NCBI GenBank assembly: GCA_963733295.1
Contig: CAVTCS010000003.1
Coordinates: 1,056,001-1,120,000, forward strand
Origin: Vulcanimicrobiota bacterium
GTDB lineage: Bacteria; Vulcanimicrobiota; Vulcanimicrobiia; Vulcanimicrobiales; Vulcanimicrobiaceae
DNA: 64,000 nt
Direction of reading: 5' to 3'
Of the stretch, positions 28,981 through 36,982 are shown piece by piece (position 1 is the stretch's first letter; each line of letters begins with the position of its first letter). The position numbers and the translations under genes are program-made. The notes under the pieces were generated by a model. It was not told the origin of the DNA, did no database searches, and worked only from the letters and a program-made list of their open reading frames with translations.

Positions 28981-29577
28981 TTAGCGTGCAGCGGGAGGGC
29001 TCGGGGCAGTCACGAGGATCGTGTTAGAAACGACGGTCGCCAGGTGCCGAATCTCCCACGGATTCTTCGCATAGCCGTAAATCTCAGCGACAGCCCAAAC
29101 CCGGTACGTCTGCCCGGGCACGATGCCGAAACTGGCGAGATCGTCAACGATCTCTCGATCGTTCTTCTTAGCCTGCCCGGGCTGTAACTCGTAGTACTTC
29201 GGACCGCCAGCGTACGTTTCGGGCCTAGGATTGGATGAAGAACCGCCAGTCGAAGGCGGCGGAGCAGCGGTCGGCGTGCTTTGCGAAGAAAGAGCTGTGC
29301 CATCCAATTTCGAGACTGAAAGCGCACCGGGACCCGCGTAGCCATCTCCAACCCAGAGTTTACTCGCCCCCGTGTTTTTGACCCAGAAAGTGAGAGATAC
29401 GTGCGGGCCATCTCGATACGAACTCGACGAGACTATAAGCGATACCGCGAAGCCGTTCTGTGGCTGGCCGTAGACTAGGTGGTCGCCGCCCCCGTCGGCG
29501 CCCAGGCAAGCCGCAATGATCGCTGCAGCGGCTACGACCCGCAAAGGTCGCTTCACGAACGCGTTTTTCAGTCTCAC
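28981..29577 (-). CDS. secreted hypothetical cargo protein
   Basis: Signal-like N-terminus; beta-rich (Ig-like) pattern; lies between the phage relics. Confidence 0.6.
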   Translation of the reverse strand: MRLKNAFVKRPLRVVAAAAIIAACLGADGGGDHLVYGQPQNGFAVSLIVSSSSYRDGPHVSLTFWVKNTGASKLWVGDGYAGPGALSVSKLDGTALSSQSTPTAAPPPSTGGSSSNPRPETYAGGPKYYELQPGQAKKNDREIVDDLASFGIVPGQTYRVWAVAEIYGYAKNPWEIRHLATVVSNTILVTAPSPPAAR

Positions 29578-29624
29578 GGCCTGATCTTAGCAAAAAAGAG
29601 ACGCGATCGCTCGCGCCTCTCGAA

Positions 29625-29822
29625 CGGCGGCACACCGCGGCGAGCGTCCTGATCGCGAACGGCGTCGACGTGTGCAGCCTTGCGGGCATCCTCGGCCACT
29701 CGAGTCCGACCGTGACGCTCGGCATGTACAGCCACGTCATCGAAGGCACGGAGCGCGCCGCGGAAGACGGCCTTGGCGATCGCCTTCGCGCTGCGATCGG
29801 GGACGGAAAAAACAAGAAATAA
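29625..29822 (+). pseudogene. tyrosine integrase C-terminal remnant
   Basis: No start codon; reads RRHTAASVLIANGVDVCSLAGILGHSSPTVTLGMYSHV (RHT, LGH, catalytic Y). Confidence 0.85.
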
Positions 29823-29862
29823 CCGAGTGCACCGAAAGTGCACCCGGCGCCCGTCCAGGCAT

Positions 29863-29889
29863 CAAAAAAGCCCGCAGCGACGGGCTTTT
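29863..29889. terminator. intrinsic terminator next to the att copy
   Basis: AAAAAAGCCCGCAGCGACGGGCTTTT hairpin with A/T flanks. Confidence 0.75.
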
Positions 29890-29937
29890 CGGTGGTGGGC
29901 CATCCTGGGTTCGAACCAGGGACCTCATGCTTATCAA
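29890..29937 (-). repeat. 48-bp copy of the tRNA-Ile 3' half (att site)
   Basis: Identical to 31519-31566, from the anticodon loop through CCA. Confidence 0.93.
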
Positions 29938-30130
29938 CAACGGGCCTTGAGTAGAGGTTCCTTCCGCTCCCGTCTTTGAACTACGCGACACACGTTGCGA
30001 GCTGGCTAACGAAGGAACCGCCAAGTTGAGGGCTACATGAAAATCGTGTCCGCGGCACTTTTCGGCTGCGTGTCCCGATCCACTGTCCTAGCACGGCGCG
30101 GCAGAGGGTCGTCGCGGGTAAGAGCCAGCT

Positions 30131-31374
30131 TTGATTAAATATAGAGATATCGGACAAAACGGATGTTCCGTCAACGCAGCGGCGCTTACCCTAGCGTTCG
30201 CACTCCTTGTCCTACTCGGCTCGTTCACAGTTAGAGGAGCTCACGCACAAGCTCCAACGCCAGCCAATGTTCCAGTGCCTGCACCAACGCCTACCAAAGC
30301 GCCAATAGCGAGACCGGTTCCCATCGATCCCCGCTCAATCGTATCGGTCTACGTTACCTTGCGGGGTTTCGGCGATATCGCGAGGGAAGGGTTTGTTTTC
30401 CCGGCGCCGCTCTCATCCACATCGCGCATCGATGCATCTCGGCTTGACATCAGCATTGCCTCGCTCGAGGAACCTTCACAGCGCTTGCCGCTCGAAACGA
30501 CCGCGCAGTTCGCTGTGGCGGGCATAGGTCCGGCGGCCACAACGCGTAGAATCGACGCCACCATCGATGCGCGCTCCCTCGCCCCCGGCAATTACTTTTT
30601 GAGCGTCAGACCGCTTGATGGATTCTACGAGCCCGGCGCGCCGCTTCACGACCTTCCTTTTCGCGACCTTCCTTCGCGCCTCGCTCCGACTCAGATGCAG
30701 ATTCGGCCGTTCGTGGTAACCCTTTGGTCCGCGCTGGCGAGCTTCGACAGTGCACCGCACGAAGGACAACTCTTGTGGTCGCTCGGCACAGGCGACTCGA
30801 GCGTATCCTACGGGGCGTATCGCGTCGATGCAGTAGCGGATGTTGCGCGCAAGACATTCGCCGCTGTCGTGAGCAACACCGACGCGGAACCGGACCGTAC
30901 GTGCTCTCCCAGGATTCATTCCAGAAGATCACGCGCGTCATTCGTGACCCTGATGTCACAGCGCTCAGTCAACAGCTCGAGAACAGAACCGTGACCGTGC
31001 GAACGCTGCTAGTGTTCTACTGCGGAGACGACTCGGGATTGCGCGGCACCTCGACCATTACGCCTGGACAAGCCTTGCGAGTCGGGGGCATCTACCGCGT
31101 GGCGAGGAAGGAACTGGCACTTATTCCTCAGACCCCGAGGATAGGAGGATGGACCTACGTTCTCGATCCGATCCTCGTCGATTTTGTTTCCTTCCCGAGC
31201 ACGATGACGTTCACCACGTTTCGCCCCGTTGGCGAAGGACGAGAACGTCAGACCATCAAGCAAACGCTTCCGTGCAAACACGCGTGGGCCTATTTTCGAG
31301 ATGAAGCTTCCTTGCTCGATCAGCTCGACCTAACCGCGCACTTGCGGAGTGCCGGCCAGTCTCTACGGAACTGA
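30131..31374 (+). pseudogene. frameshifted secreted hypothetical protein
   Basis: Protein-like sequence passes from ORF 30131-30994 to ORF 30724-31374 near 30880. Confidence 0.5.
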
Positions 31375-31521
31375 TCCGCTCTTTTGCCACTCGGTGAGGT
31401 ACAAACACGGTACTCGCCGGTAGCGGTCCGCTTTTGCGGCGTATCCGCCTCGGGTTCGGGTGCTCGTCCTTTGCCGTATCGAGTAGGACGAACGAGGAAA
31501 GCGGGTTTCAACGGGAGCCGG

Positions 31522-31598
31522 TGGTGGGCCATCCTGGGTTCGAACCAGGGACCTCATGCTTATCAAGCATGCGCTCTAACCAGCTGAGCTAATGGCCC
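31522..31598 (-). tRNA. tRNA-Ile(GAT)
   Basis: GGGCCATTAGCTCAG...CATGC-TTGATAA-GCATG...GGCCCACCA. Confidence 0.96.
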
Positions 31599-31751
31599 CG
31601 AACGCGACAGACGAGCTTGTACCTACCTTCGTTTATCCCTCCCGTCGGAGGTTCGAGTCCGGTCTCGTCCCCGGCACGCCGGGGAAGACCGAAGCGCATT
31701 ATCTCGCGGGGCGCGGTTCTGCGTCAAGGGGAGTGGGTGCGCGCCTCAGCC

Positions 31752-32105
31752 CTAAATCAGCGCGATCCACTTCTTGATCGTTTCGTCGTCCTTTTTGCGC
31801 TGTTCCATGGCCATGTCGCGTAAGATGTTCATTTCCCGCAAGAATTCGGCGCGCTGCTGCTGCGTGAAGTCGAAGTCGCTGCGAAGCCGGTCGAGCCGCG
31901 TCTCGCGGTCCTGTTGCTCGACCTGCTGTCGCAGCATCAACAGTTCCGCTCGCCGGACGAGTTCTTCGCTCGCGGTGGCCGCTGCGTCCCGGGGGCTGTC
32001 GGCCGTGTCGTCGAGCGGCGCGGACTCATCTCCCGCGGCTGCGCCGGCCGCCGGCGGCGCTGGTGGCCGCGACCCCGCCGCGCCGGCGTCGATTCTGAGG
32101 GGCAT
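31752..32105 (-). CDS. hypothetical helical protein (paralog B)
   Basis: Disordered P/A-rich N-terminus; C-terminal REMNILRDMAMEQRKKD motif. Confidence 0.75.
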   Translation of the reverse strand: MPLRIDAGAAGSRPPAPPAAGAAAGDESAPLDDTADSPRDAAATASEELVRRAELLMLRQQVEQQDRETRLDRLRSDFDFTQQQRAEFLREMNILRDMAMEQRKKDDETIKKWIALI

Positions 32106-32107
32106 GC

Positions 32108-32497
32108 TCAGTCCTTCACCGTCTTGATGAACTCTTTGAGGACGCTGATGTCGGCTTCGCGCTGCTTCATCGCGACGTCACGAAGGGTGTTCATTTCTCG
32201 CATCTGTTCGGTTTTCTCGTCCTCGGCTTCATTGAAAAGCGTCGACTGCCACTCCATATCGAGGTTGTGGCGCATGTTCTCCGCATTTAAGCCGAGTTGA
32301 GCCCACTCGTAGGCTTGATCGAGCTGCTGCTGCGCGGCGATCGTCGGATCGGAAGTCGGCGAAATGTTCCCGCCGTTCCCGGCCGTGCCGTTCGAAACGG
32401 TCGAACTGACACCGTTCGCGACGGCGGCGATCGGGTTGCCGGTGGTTAGCAGGGTCATTCCGCCGTTGACGATCCCGCTCAAGAGGTTAAAGCCCAC
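32108..32497 (-). CDS. hypothetical helical protein (paralog A)
   Basis: GTG 32497 with AAGGA RBS; Gly-rich hydrophobic N-terminus; REMNTLRDVAMKQREAD motif. Confidence 0.75.
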   Translation of the reverse strand: MGFNLLSGIVNGGMTLLTTGNPIAAVANGVSSTVSNGTAGNGGNISPTSDPTIAAQQQLDQAYEWAQLGLNAENMRHNLDMEWQSTLFNEAEDEKTEQMREMNTLRDVAMKQREADISVLKEFIKTVKD

Positions 32498-32531
32498 TGT
32501 AGGTTCCTTTCCGTTGCGGCGCGATAGCGCC

Positions 32532-33206
32532 TTAGGCGGCGTCGCTCGAGTCGTTGCGCTCGGTGGGGTCGCCGCTGCCCGGGTCGACGAGCGCGGCCAT
32601 CGCTTGATCGGCGGAATTCGCTTGCTGACCGCCGCCTTTTCCGGCTTCGCTGGAGTACGAAGTGAACGACCAATTCGGTGGCGTGAAAGCGGGAATCGAA
32701 AGCTGCGGTACTTGAGCCGCGACATCGGAGAGCGCGTTTGTATTGGCGACGGCCGTCGGGGCTTCGTCGATCGCCGTTTGCTGAGTCGACTGCTGGATCG
32801 CCGCGTAGTGCTGCATGACGGAATCGGCGTAACCGAGTTGCTGTCCGTTGGGCCAGACCGTTTGCGTTCCGGCGGCATTCGGCGAACCCGAGTTATATGC
32901 GGAGAGCGCGGCTCGGAGGTTGCCGCCGTTCTGTGTGATGAGGCTCGAAAGCAGGCCGGCAGCATAATCGGCGTTTTGGGCCGGCTGCATCGCCGCCGGG
33001 GTGTTCGCAAAGGCATGGTAGCGGTCGTCGATTTGAAAGACGCCGTGGCCGTGGCCGCCATCGCCCACGACGTTGGCCCCGGAGTTGCTGCGGGGACCGC
33101 CGGTCTCTTGAGCGGCGACGGCCGCTAACAACACGGGATCGAGCCCGTGAGCGCGGGCGGCGCTCGCAATCGCGGGGCCGAAGCGAATTCCTGACAAAGC
33201 ATCCAT
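32532..33206 (-). CDS. lytic transglycosylase (SLT/goose-lysozyme-like) with low-complexity C-terminal tail
   Basis: I..AA..HGLDP.LL.AV..QET, GHGVFQID, ALSAYNSG, YADSV; no signal peptide. Confidence 0.88.
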   Translation of the reverse strand: MDALSGIRFGPAIASAARAHGLDPVLLAAVAAQETGGPRSNSGANVVGDGGHGHGVFQIDDRYHAFANTPAAMQPAQNADYAAGLLSSLITQNGGNLRAALSAYNSGSPNAAGTQTVWPNGQQLGYADSVMQHYAAIQQSTQQTAIDEAPTAVANTNALSDVAAQVPQLSIPAFTPPNWSFTSYSSEAGKGGGQQANSADQAMAALVDPGSGDPTERNDSSDAA

Positions 33207-33261
33207 AAAGGGGTGACCTCCCAAGCCAAGTCTCGCCAACCGATCACGCCGGCTTGTCGCG

Positions 33262-33290
33262 TTGACAAGGTTTGAACGCCTCCCTATTAT
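33262..33290 (+). promoter_or_regulatory. sigma70 promoter of the yceD-rpmF-fab operon
   Basis: TTGACA-N17-TATTAT. Confidence 0.8.
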
Positions 33291-33325
33291 TGGAGGGTTG
33301 TCTTGGGCTCGGGGAAACGACTGAA

Positions 33326-33775
33326 ATGACGAAGCCGATCGATGTCGGGAGCGTTTTGGCCTCCGGCCGCGAGCTCGAGGTCAGCGAGACCGTCAGCGTT
33401 CCCCCATTCGAGCCGTACGAGTTCGAGGCGCCTGCCGCCGTCGCGCTCGAGGTCCGCCGGGTTGGCGACGGACTCGACCTCCGCGGGACGATCGACGTTA
33501 TGGTCCTCGGCCCGTGCGCCCGCTGCCTCGACGACGTGAGGCTTCCCGTTCACCTCGACGTCGAAGAGCGGCTCGAAGCCGGCGCAACACCCGACATCCT
33601 CGGCGAAAACAATGTCCTCTCCGGAGACCACCTCGACCTGGCCGACCTCGTTCGGCAACTTATCGACTCCGCGTTACCGTTAACGCTCTTGTGCTCTGAG
33701 GACTGCAGCGGCCTGTGCGCCCGCTGCGGAAACAAGAGCGACGGCTGCCGTTGCGCCCCACCCCAATCGGAGTAA
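33326..33775 (+). CDS. yceD: YceD/DUF177 protein
   Basis: CARCL, LDL..LV.Q....LP...LC..DC.GLC..CG; upstream of rpmF. Confidence 0.9.
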   Translation: MTKPIDVGSVLASGRELEVSETVSVPPFEPYEFEAPAAVALEVRRVGDGLDLRGTIDVMVLGPCARCLDDVRLPVHLDVEERLEAGATPDILGENNVLSGDHLDLADLVRQLIDSALPLTLLCSEDCSGLCARCGNKSDGCRCAPPQSE

Positions 33776-33779
33776 AACC

Positions 33780-33986
33780 ATGGCGAATCTCAAGTGGAAA
33801 ACCCCGCGTTCCAAAACGCGCAGCCGTCGCGCTGCCAACTGGAAGCTCTCCCCCGTCACCACCGTGGAATGTTCGCAGTGTCACCAGCCCAAGCTACCGC
33901 ACTTCGTTTGTCAGAACTGCGGATTCTATGACGGTCGGAAAGTGATCGAGCCGAAAGACGAGCATACCGGACATTCACACGGCTAG
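33780..33986 (+). CDS. rpmF: 50S ribosomal protein L32
   Basis: SKTRSRRA.W, CSQC...KLPH.VC.NCG.Y.G. Confidence 0.95.
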   Translation: MANLKWKTPRSKTRSRRAANWKLSPVTTVECSQCHQPKLPHFVCQNCGFYDGRKVIEPKDEHTGHSHG

Positions 33987-33987
33987 C

Positions 33988-34989
33988 TTAACCGGCGCGC
34001 ACGGTCCTTACGGCGCTCGCATCGCGGGCGTCGGTCATTATGTGCCCGAACCCATAATGAGTAACGCCGATTTCGCGCGCATTCTCGACACCTCGGATGA
34101 GTGGATCTCGACGCGAACCGGCATGAAGGAGCGTCGTTACGCGCCCCGCGAGATGGCGTCTTCCGATCTCGCGACGCGCGCGGCGAAGCACGCGCTCGAG
34201 CGCGCCGGGTTGGGAGGCTCCGACGTCGACTGTTTCATCGTCGCGACCGTTTCACCCGATTACCACTTTCCGGCGACCGCATGCATCGTCGCCGCCAATT
34301 TGGGAGCGGTCGGAAAAGCCGCCTTCGACATCGAGATCGCCTGCAGCGGCTTCATCTACGCGCTCCCGATAGCGGCGAGCTTCGTGCGTTCCGGAGTTTT
34401 TCGCAGGGTGATGATCATCGGCGTCGAGACGCTCTCGCGCATGCTCAACATGAGCGACCGCAGCACGGCGATCCTGTTCGGCGACGGCGCGGGCGCGACG
34501 ATCGTCGAGCGCGCCGATGCCGATTCGTTCTTGGCTTGCGAGCTGGGCGCCGACGGCAAGAACCCCGAGCTGCTGTACGTTCCGGGTGGCGGTTCACGCG
34601 AACCGCTGACCGCTGAATCGATCGTCGCCAAACGCGACAAGGTCGCGATGAGCGGGCGGGAGATCTTCAAGTACGCCGTTACAAAAATGGTGGAAACGTC
34701 GCGCCGCGTGTTGGAAGAAGCGCACTTGAGCACGGCCGACGTGACCTGGATGATTCCGCATCAAGCCAACCTGCGCATCATGGAAGCGGCCGCAAAGCGC
34801 CTGGACATCGGGCGCGAGCGTATTGTCGTCAACATCGAAAAGTACGGTAACACGTCGTCGGCTTCGATCCCGATCGCGCTCTCGGAATCGATCGAGCGCG
34901 ACATGCTGCGCGACGGCGACGTGATCTTGTTCACCGGGTTCGGCGGCGGCCTTTCGTGGGGTTCGATTGCCTGGCGTTGGGCGGCCTGA
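33988..34989 (+). CDS. fabH: beta-ketoacyl-ACP synthase III (start uncertain, probably non-canonical)
   Basis: ACSGF, FGDGAGA, PHQAN, GNTSSAS; conserved RIAGVGHYVPE lies upstream of the first canonical start at 34042. Confidence 0.93.
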   Translation, partial: LTGAHGPYGARIAGVGHYVPEPIMSNADFARILDTSDEWISTRTGMKERRYAPREMASSDLATRAAKHALERAGLGGSDVDCFIVATVSPDYHFPATACIVAANLGAVGKAAFDIEIACSGFIYALPIAASFVRSGVFRRVMIIGVETLSRMLNMSDRSTAILFGDGAGATIVERADADSFLACELGADGKNPELLYVPGGGSREPLTAESIVAKRDKVAMSGREIFKYAVTKMVETSRRVLEEAHLSTADVTWMIPHQANLRIMEAAAKRLDIGRERIVVNIEKYGNTSSASIPIALSESIERDMLRDGDVILFTGFGGGLSWGSIAWRWAA

Positions 34990-34991
34990 AG

Positions 34992-35942
34992 GTGCGCGTA
35001 GCCGTCGTTTTTCCGGGACAAGGCTCGCAAGCCATCGGCATGGGCGGCGCGATCGTCGAGCGCTCGAAGGTTGCAGTTGAGCTGTTTCGTCGAGCCGAGC
35101 GCGTCTTAGGCTACGATCTGCTCGAGCTGATACGAGGGGGTCCCGAGGAAAAGCTGCGTGAGACGCATTTTAGTCAGCCGGCGATCTACGTGACGAACTA
35201 CGCGCTTGCAGCGGCGCTGGGTGATGCGCTCGAGCCGGCCGGAAGCGCCGGTCATTCGTTCGGAGAGTTCTGCAGTTTGACGCTGGCCGGAGCGTTGACG
35301 TTCGAAACGGCGCTTGGCCTCGTCCGCGAACGCGGCCTCGCCATGCAAGAAGCCGCGGAAAGTTCTCCCGGCGCGATGAGCGCGGTGCTCGGCTTGGGGC
35401 CCGAAGAGGTGCTCGCGGCGACCGAGGGCGCAAGCGCGGAAGGCGCCGGACGAGTTCGCCCGGCGAACTTCAACGCTCCCGGGCAGATCGTCATCAGCGG
35501 CGACCGCGACGCGGTCCTTCGCGCGGGCGAGCTCGCGCTGGCTGCCGGCGCCAAGCGCGTCGTCGCGCTGAACGTATCGGGTGCTTGGCACAGCGAATTG
35601 ATGGCGCCCGCGCAGGCGCGCTTCGCGCCGTTTGTCGAACGCGCGCCCTTCGAGTTGCCGCGCTTTCCCGTGATCTCGAACGTGGACGCGGAACCGTATC
35701 GCGACGTCGCCACTATCAAACGAAACTTGATTCGCTCGCTGACGCAAGAAGTTCGCTGGCACGAAACGGCGGAGCGGCTGCTGCGCGAAGTCCGTCCCGA
35801 GCTCGTGGTCGAATTCGGAGGCTCGGCCGTCCTCGCGCCCCTGTTCAAGCGCGTCGCGGACGCGCCGCCTGCGCTGCACGTCGGCGACGAGCGCGGCGTC
35901 GAACGGCTGACCGCGCAATTTCAGGCGGCGCCTGCGCCGTGA
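34992..35942 (+). CDS. fabD: malonyl-CoA:ACP transacylase
   Basis: FPGQGSQ, GHSFGE, VSGAWHS. Confidence 0.95.
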   Translation: MRVAVVFPGQGSQAIGMGGAIVERSKVAVELFRRAERVLGYDLLELIRGGPEEKLRETHFSQPAIYVTNYALAAALGDALEPAGSAGHSFGEFCSLTLAGALTFETALGLVRERGLAMQEAAESSPGAMSAVLGLGPEEVLAATEGASAEGAGRVRPANFNAPGQIVISGDRDAVLRAGELALAAGAKRVVALNVSGAWHSELMAPAQARFAPFVERAPFELPRFPVISNVDAEPYRDVATIKRNLIRSLTQEVRWHETAERLLREVRPELVVEFGGSAVLAPLFKRVADAPPALHVGDERGVERLTAQFQAAPAP

Positions 35943-36688
35943 GCGGCTTCGCCGGAAAGGTCGCGGTCATCACGGGCGCCAGCCGCGGAATCGGCCGGGC
36001 CATCGCCGTCGACTTCGCGCGCCAGGGCGCGGAGCTCGCGATCGTCGGCCGCGACGCGGCCAGCCTCGCCGCCACGGCGGCGGCGGCCCGTGAGGCGCGG
36101 CCCGGTGCCGGGGTCCTCGAGGCGATCGCGGACGTGACCGACGCCGCGGCAGTTGAGGCGGTCGTGGCGAGCGCGCTCGAGCGCTTCGGCCGGCTGGATT
36201 TCGCGGTCGCCAACGCGGGCCAGGCGACCGACGCGCTCATCGTGCGCACGAGACCCGTCGACCTTGAGGCTGTCCTGGCGGTAAACCTCAAGTCGGCCTT
36301 CTTCCTTTGTAGCGCCGTGGCGCGACCGATGATGAAGCAGCGCGCCGGGGCGATCGTCCTCGTTTCCAGCGTGGTGGGCCTCAGCGGCAACGTCGGCCAG
36401 GCGGCGTACGCCGCGTCCAAAGCCGGACTGCTCGGCTTGGCGAAGTCGGTAGCAAAGGAATTGGGCTCGCGGAACGTAAGAGTGAACGCCGTCGCGCCGG
36501 GTCTGATCGAGACGTCGATGACCGAATCGATGCCCGAACAGGCGCGCGCTCACTTCCTTTCTGCAGTCCCGCTCGGACGTTCGGGAACGCCGGAGGACGT
36601 CAGTGGGGTCGTCACGTTCTTGTGCTCTGATGCCGCGCGGTATGTGACCGGTCAGACGATTGTGGTCGACGGCGGTTTTTTGATGTAA
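35939..36688 (+). CDS. fabG: 3-oxoacyl-ACP reductase
   Basis: TGASRGIG, NAG, YAASK, VDGG; GTGA coupling. Confidence 0.93.
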   Translation: MSGFAGKVAVITGASRGIGRAIAVDFARQGAELAIVGRDAASLAATAAAAREARPGAGVLEAIADVTDAAAVEAVVASALERFGRLDFAVANAGQATDALIVRTRPVDLEAVLAVNLKSAFFLCSAVARPMMKQRAGAIVLVSSVVGLSGNVGQAAYAASKAGLLGLAKSVAKELGSRNVRVNAVAPGLIETSMTESMPEQARAHFLSAVPLGRSGTPEDVSGVVTFLCSDAARYVTGQTIVVDGGFLM

Positions 36689-36715
36689 TCGCGCGTGTGC
36701 GCGCATAGGGAGATC

Positions 36716-36970
36716 ATGGCGGATACGACTAGCACGACCTTCGACAAAGTTAAGAAGATCATCGTCGAGCAGCTGGGTGTCGACGAAACCGAAGTGACGA
36801 TGGATGCATCGATCACGGACGACCTGGGGGCAGACTCGCTCGATCAGGTCGAGCTGGTCATGGCATTCGAGACCGAGTTCAACATCGACATCCCCGACGA
36901 AGAGGCCGAAAAAATAAAGACGGTCGGCGATGCCGTGCGCAAGATCGATGAAAGCGCGCCGAAAAGCTAG
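36716..36970 (+). CDS. acpP: acyl carrier protein
   Basis: [17 protein letters not shown]. Confidence 0.97.
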   Translation: MADTTSTTFDKVKKIIVEQLGVDETEVTMDASITDDLGADSLDQVELVMAFETEFNIDIPDEEAEKIKTVGDAVRKIDESAPKS

Positions 36971-36982
36971 TGCCCCACTAAC

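Larger units (their letters stand above)
28597..31566. mobile_element. stacked decayed integrative elements at tRNA-Ile
   Basis: Two att copies, integrase and terminase remnants, orphan cargo genes. Confidence 0.8.

Noticed and set aside
32498..33061. N-terminal ~190 aa of the 317-aa ORF
   Set aside because: Off-frame shadow of the transglycosylase; RBS and GTG at 32497 mark the real gene
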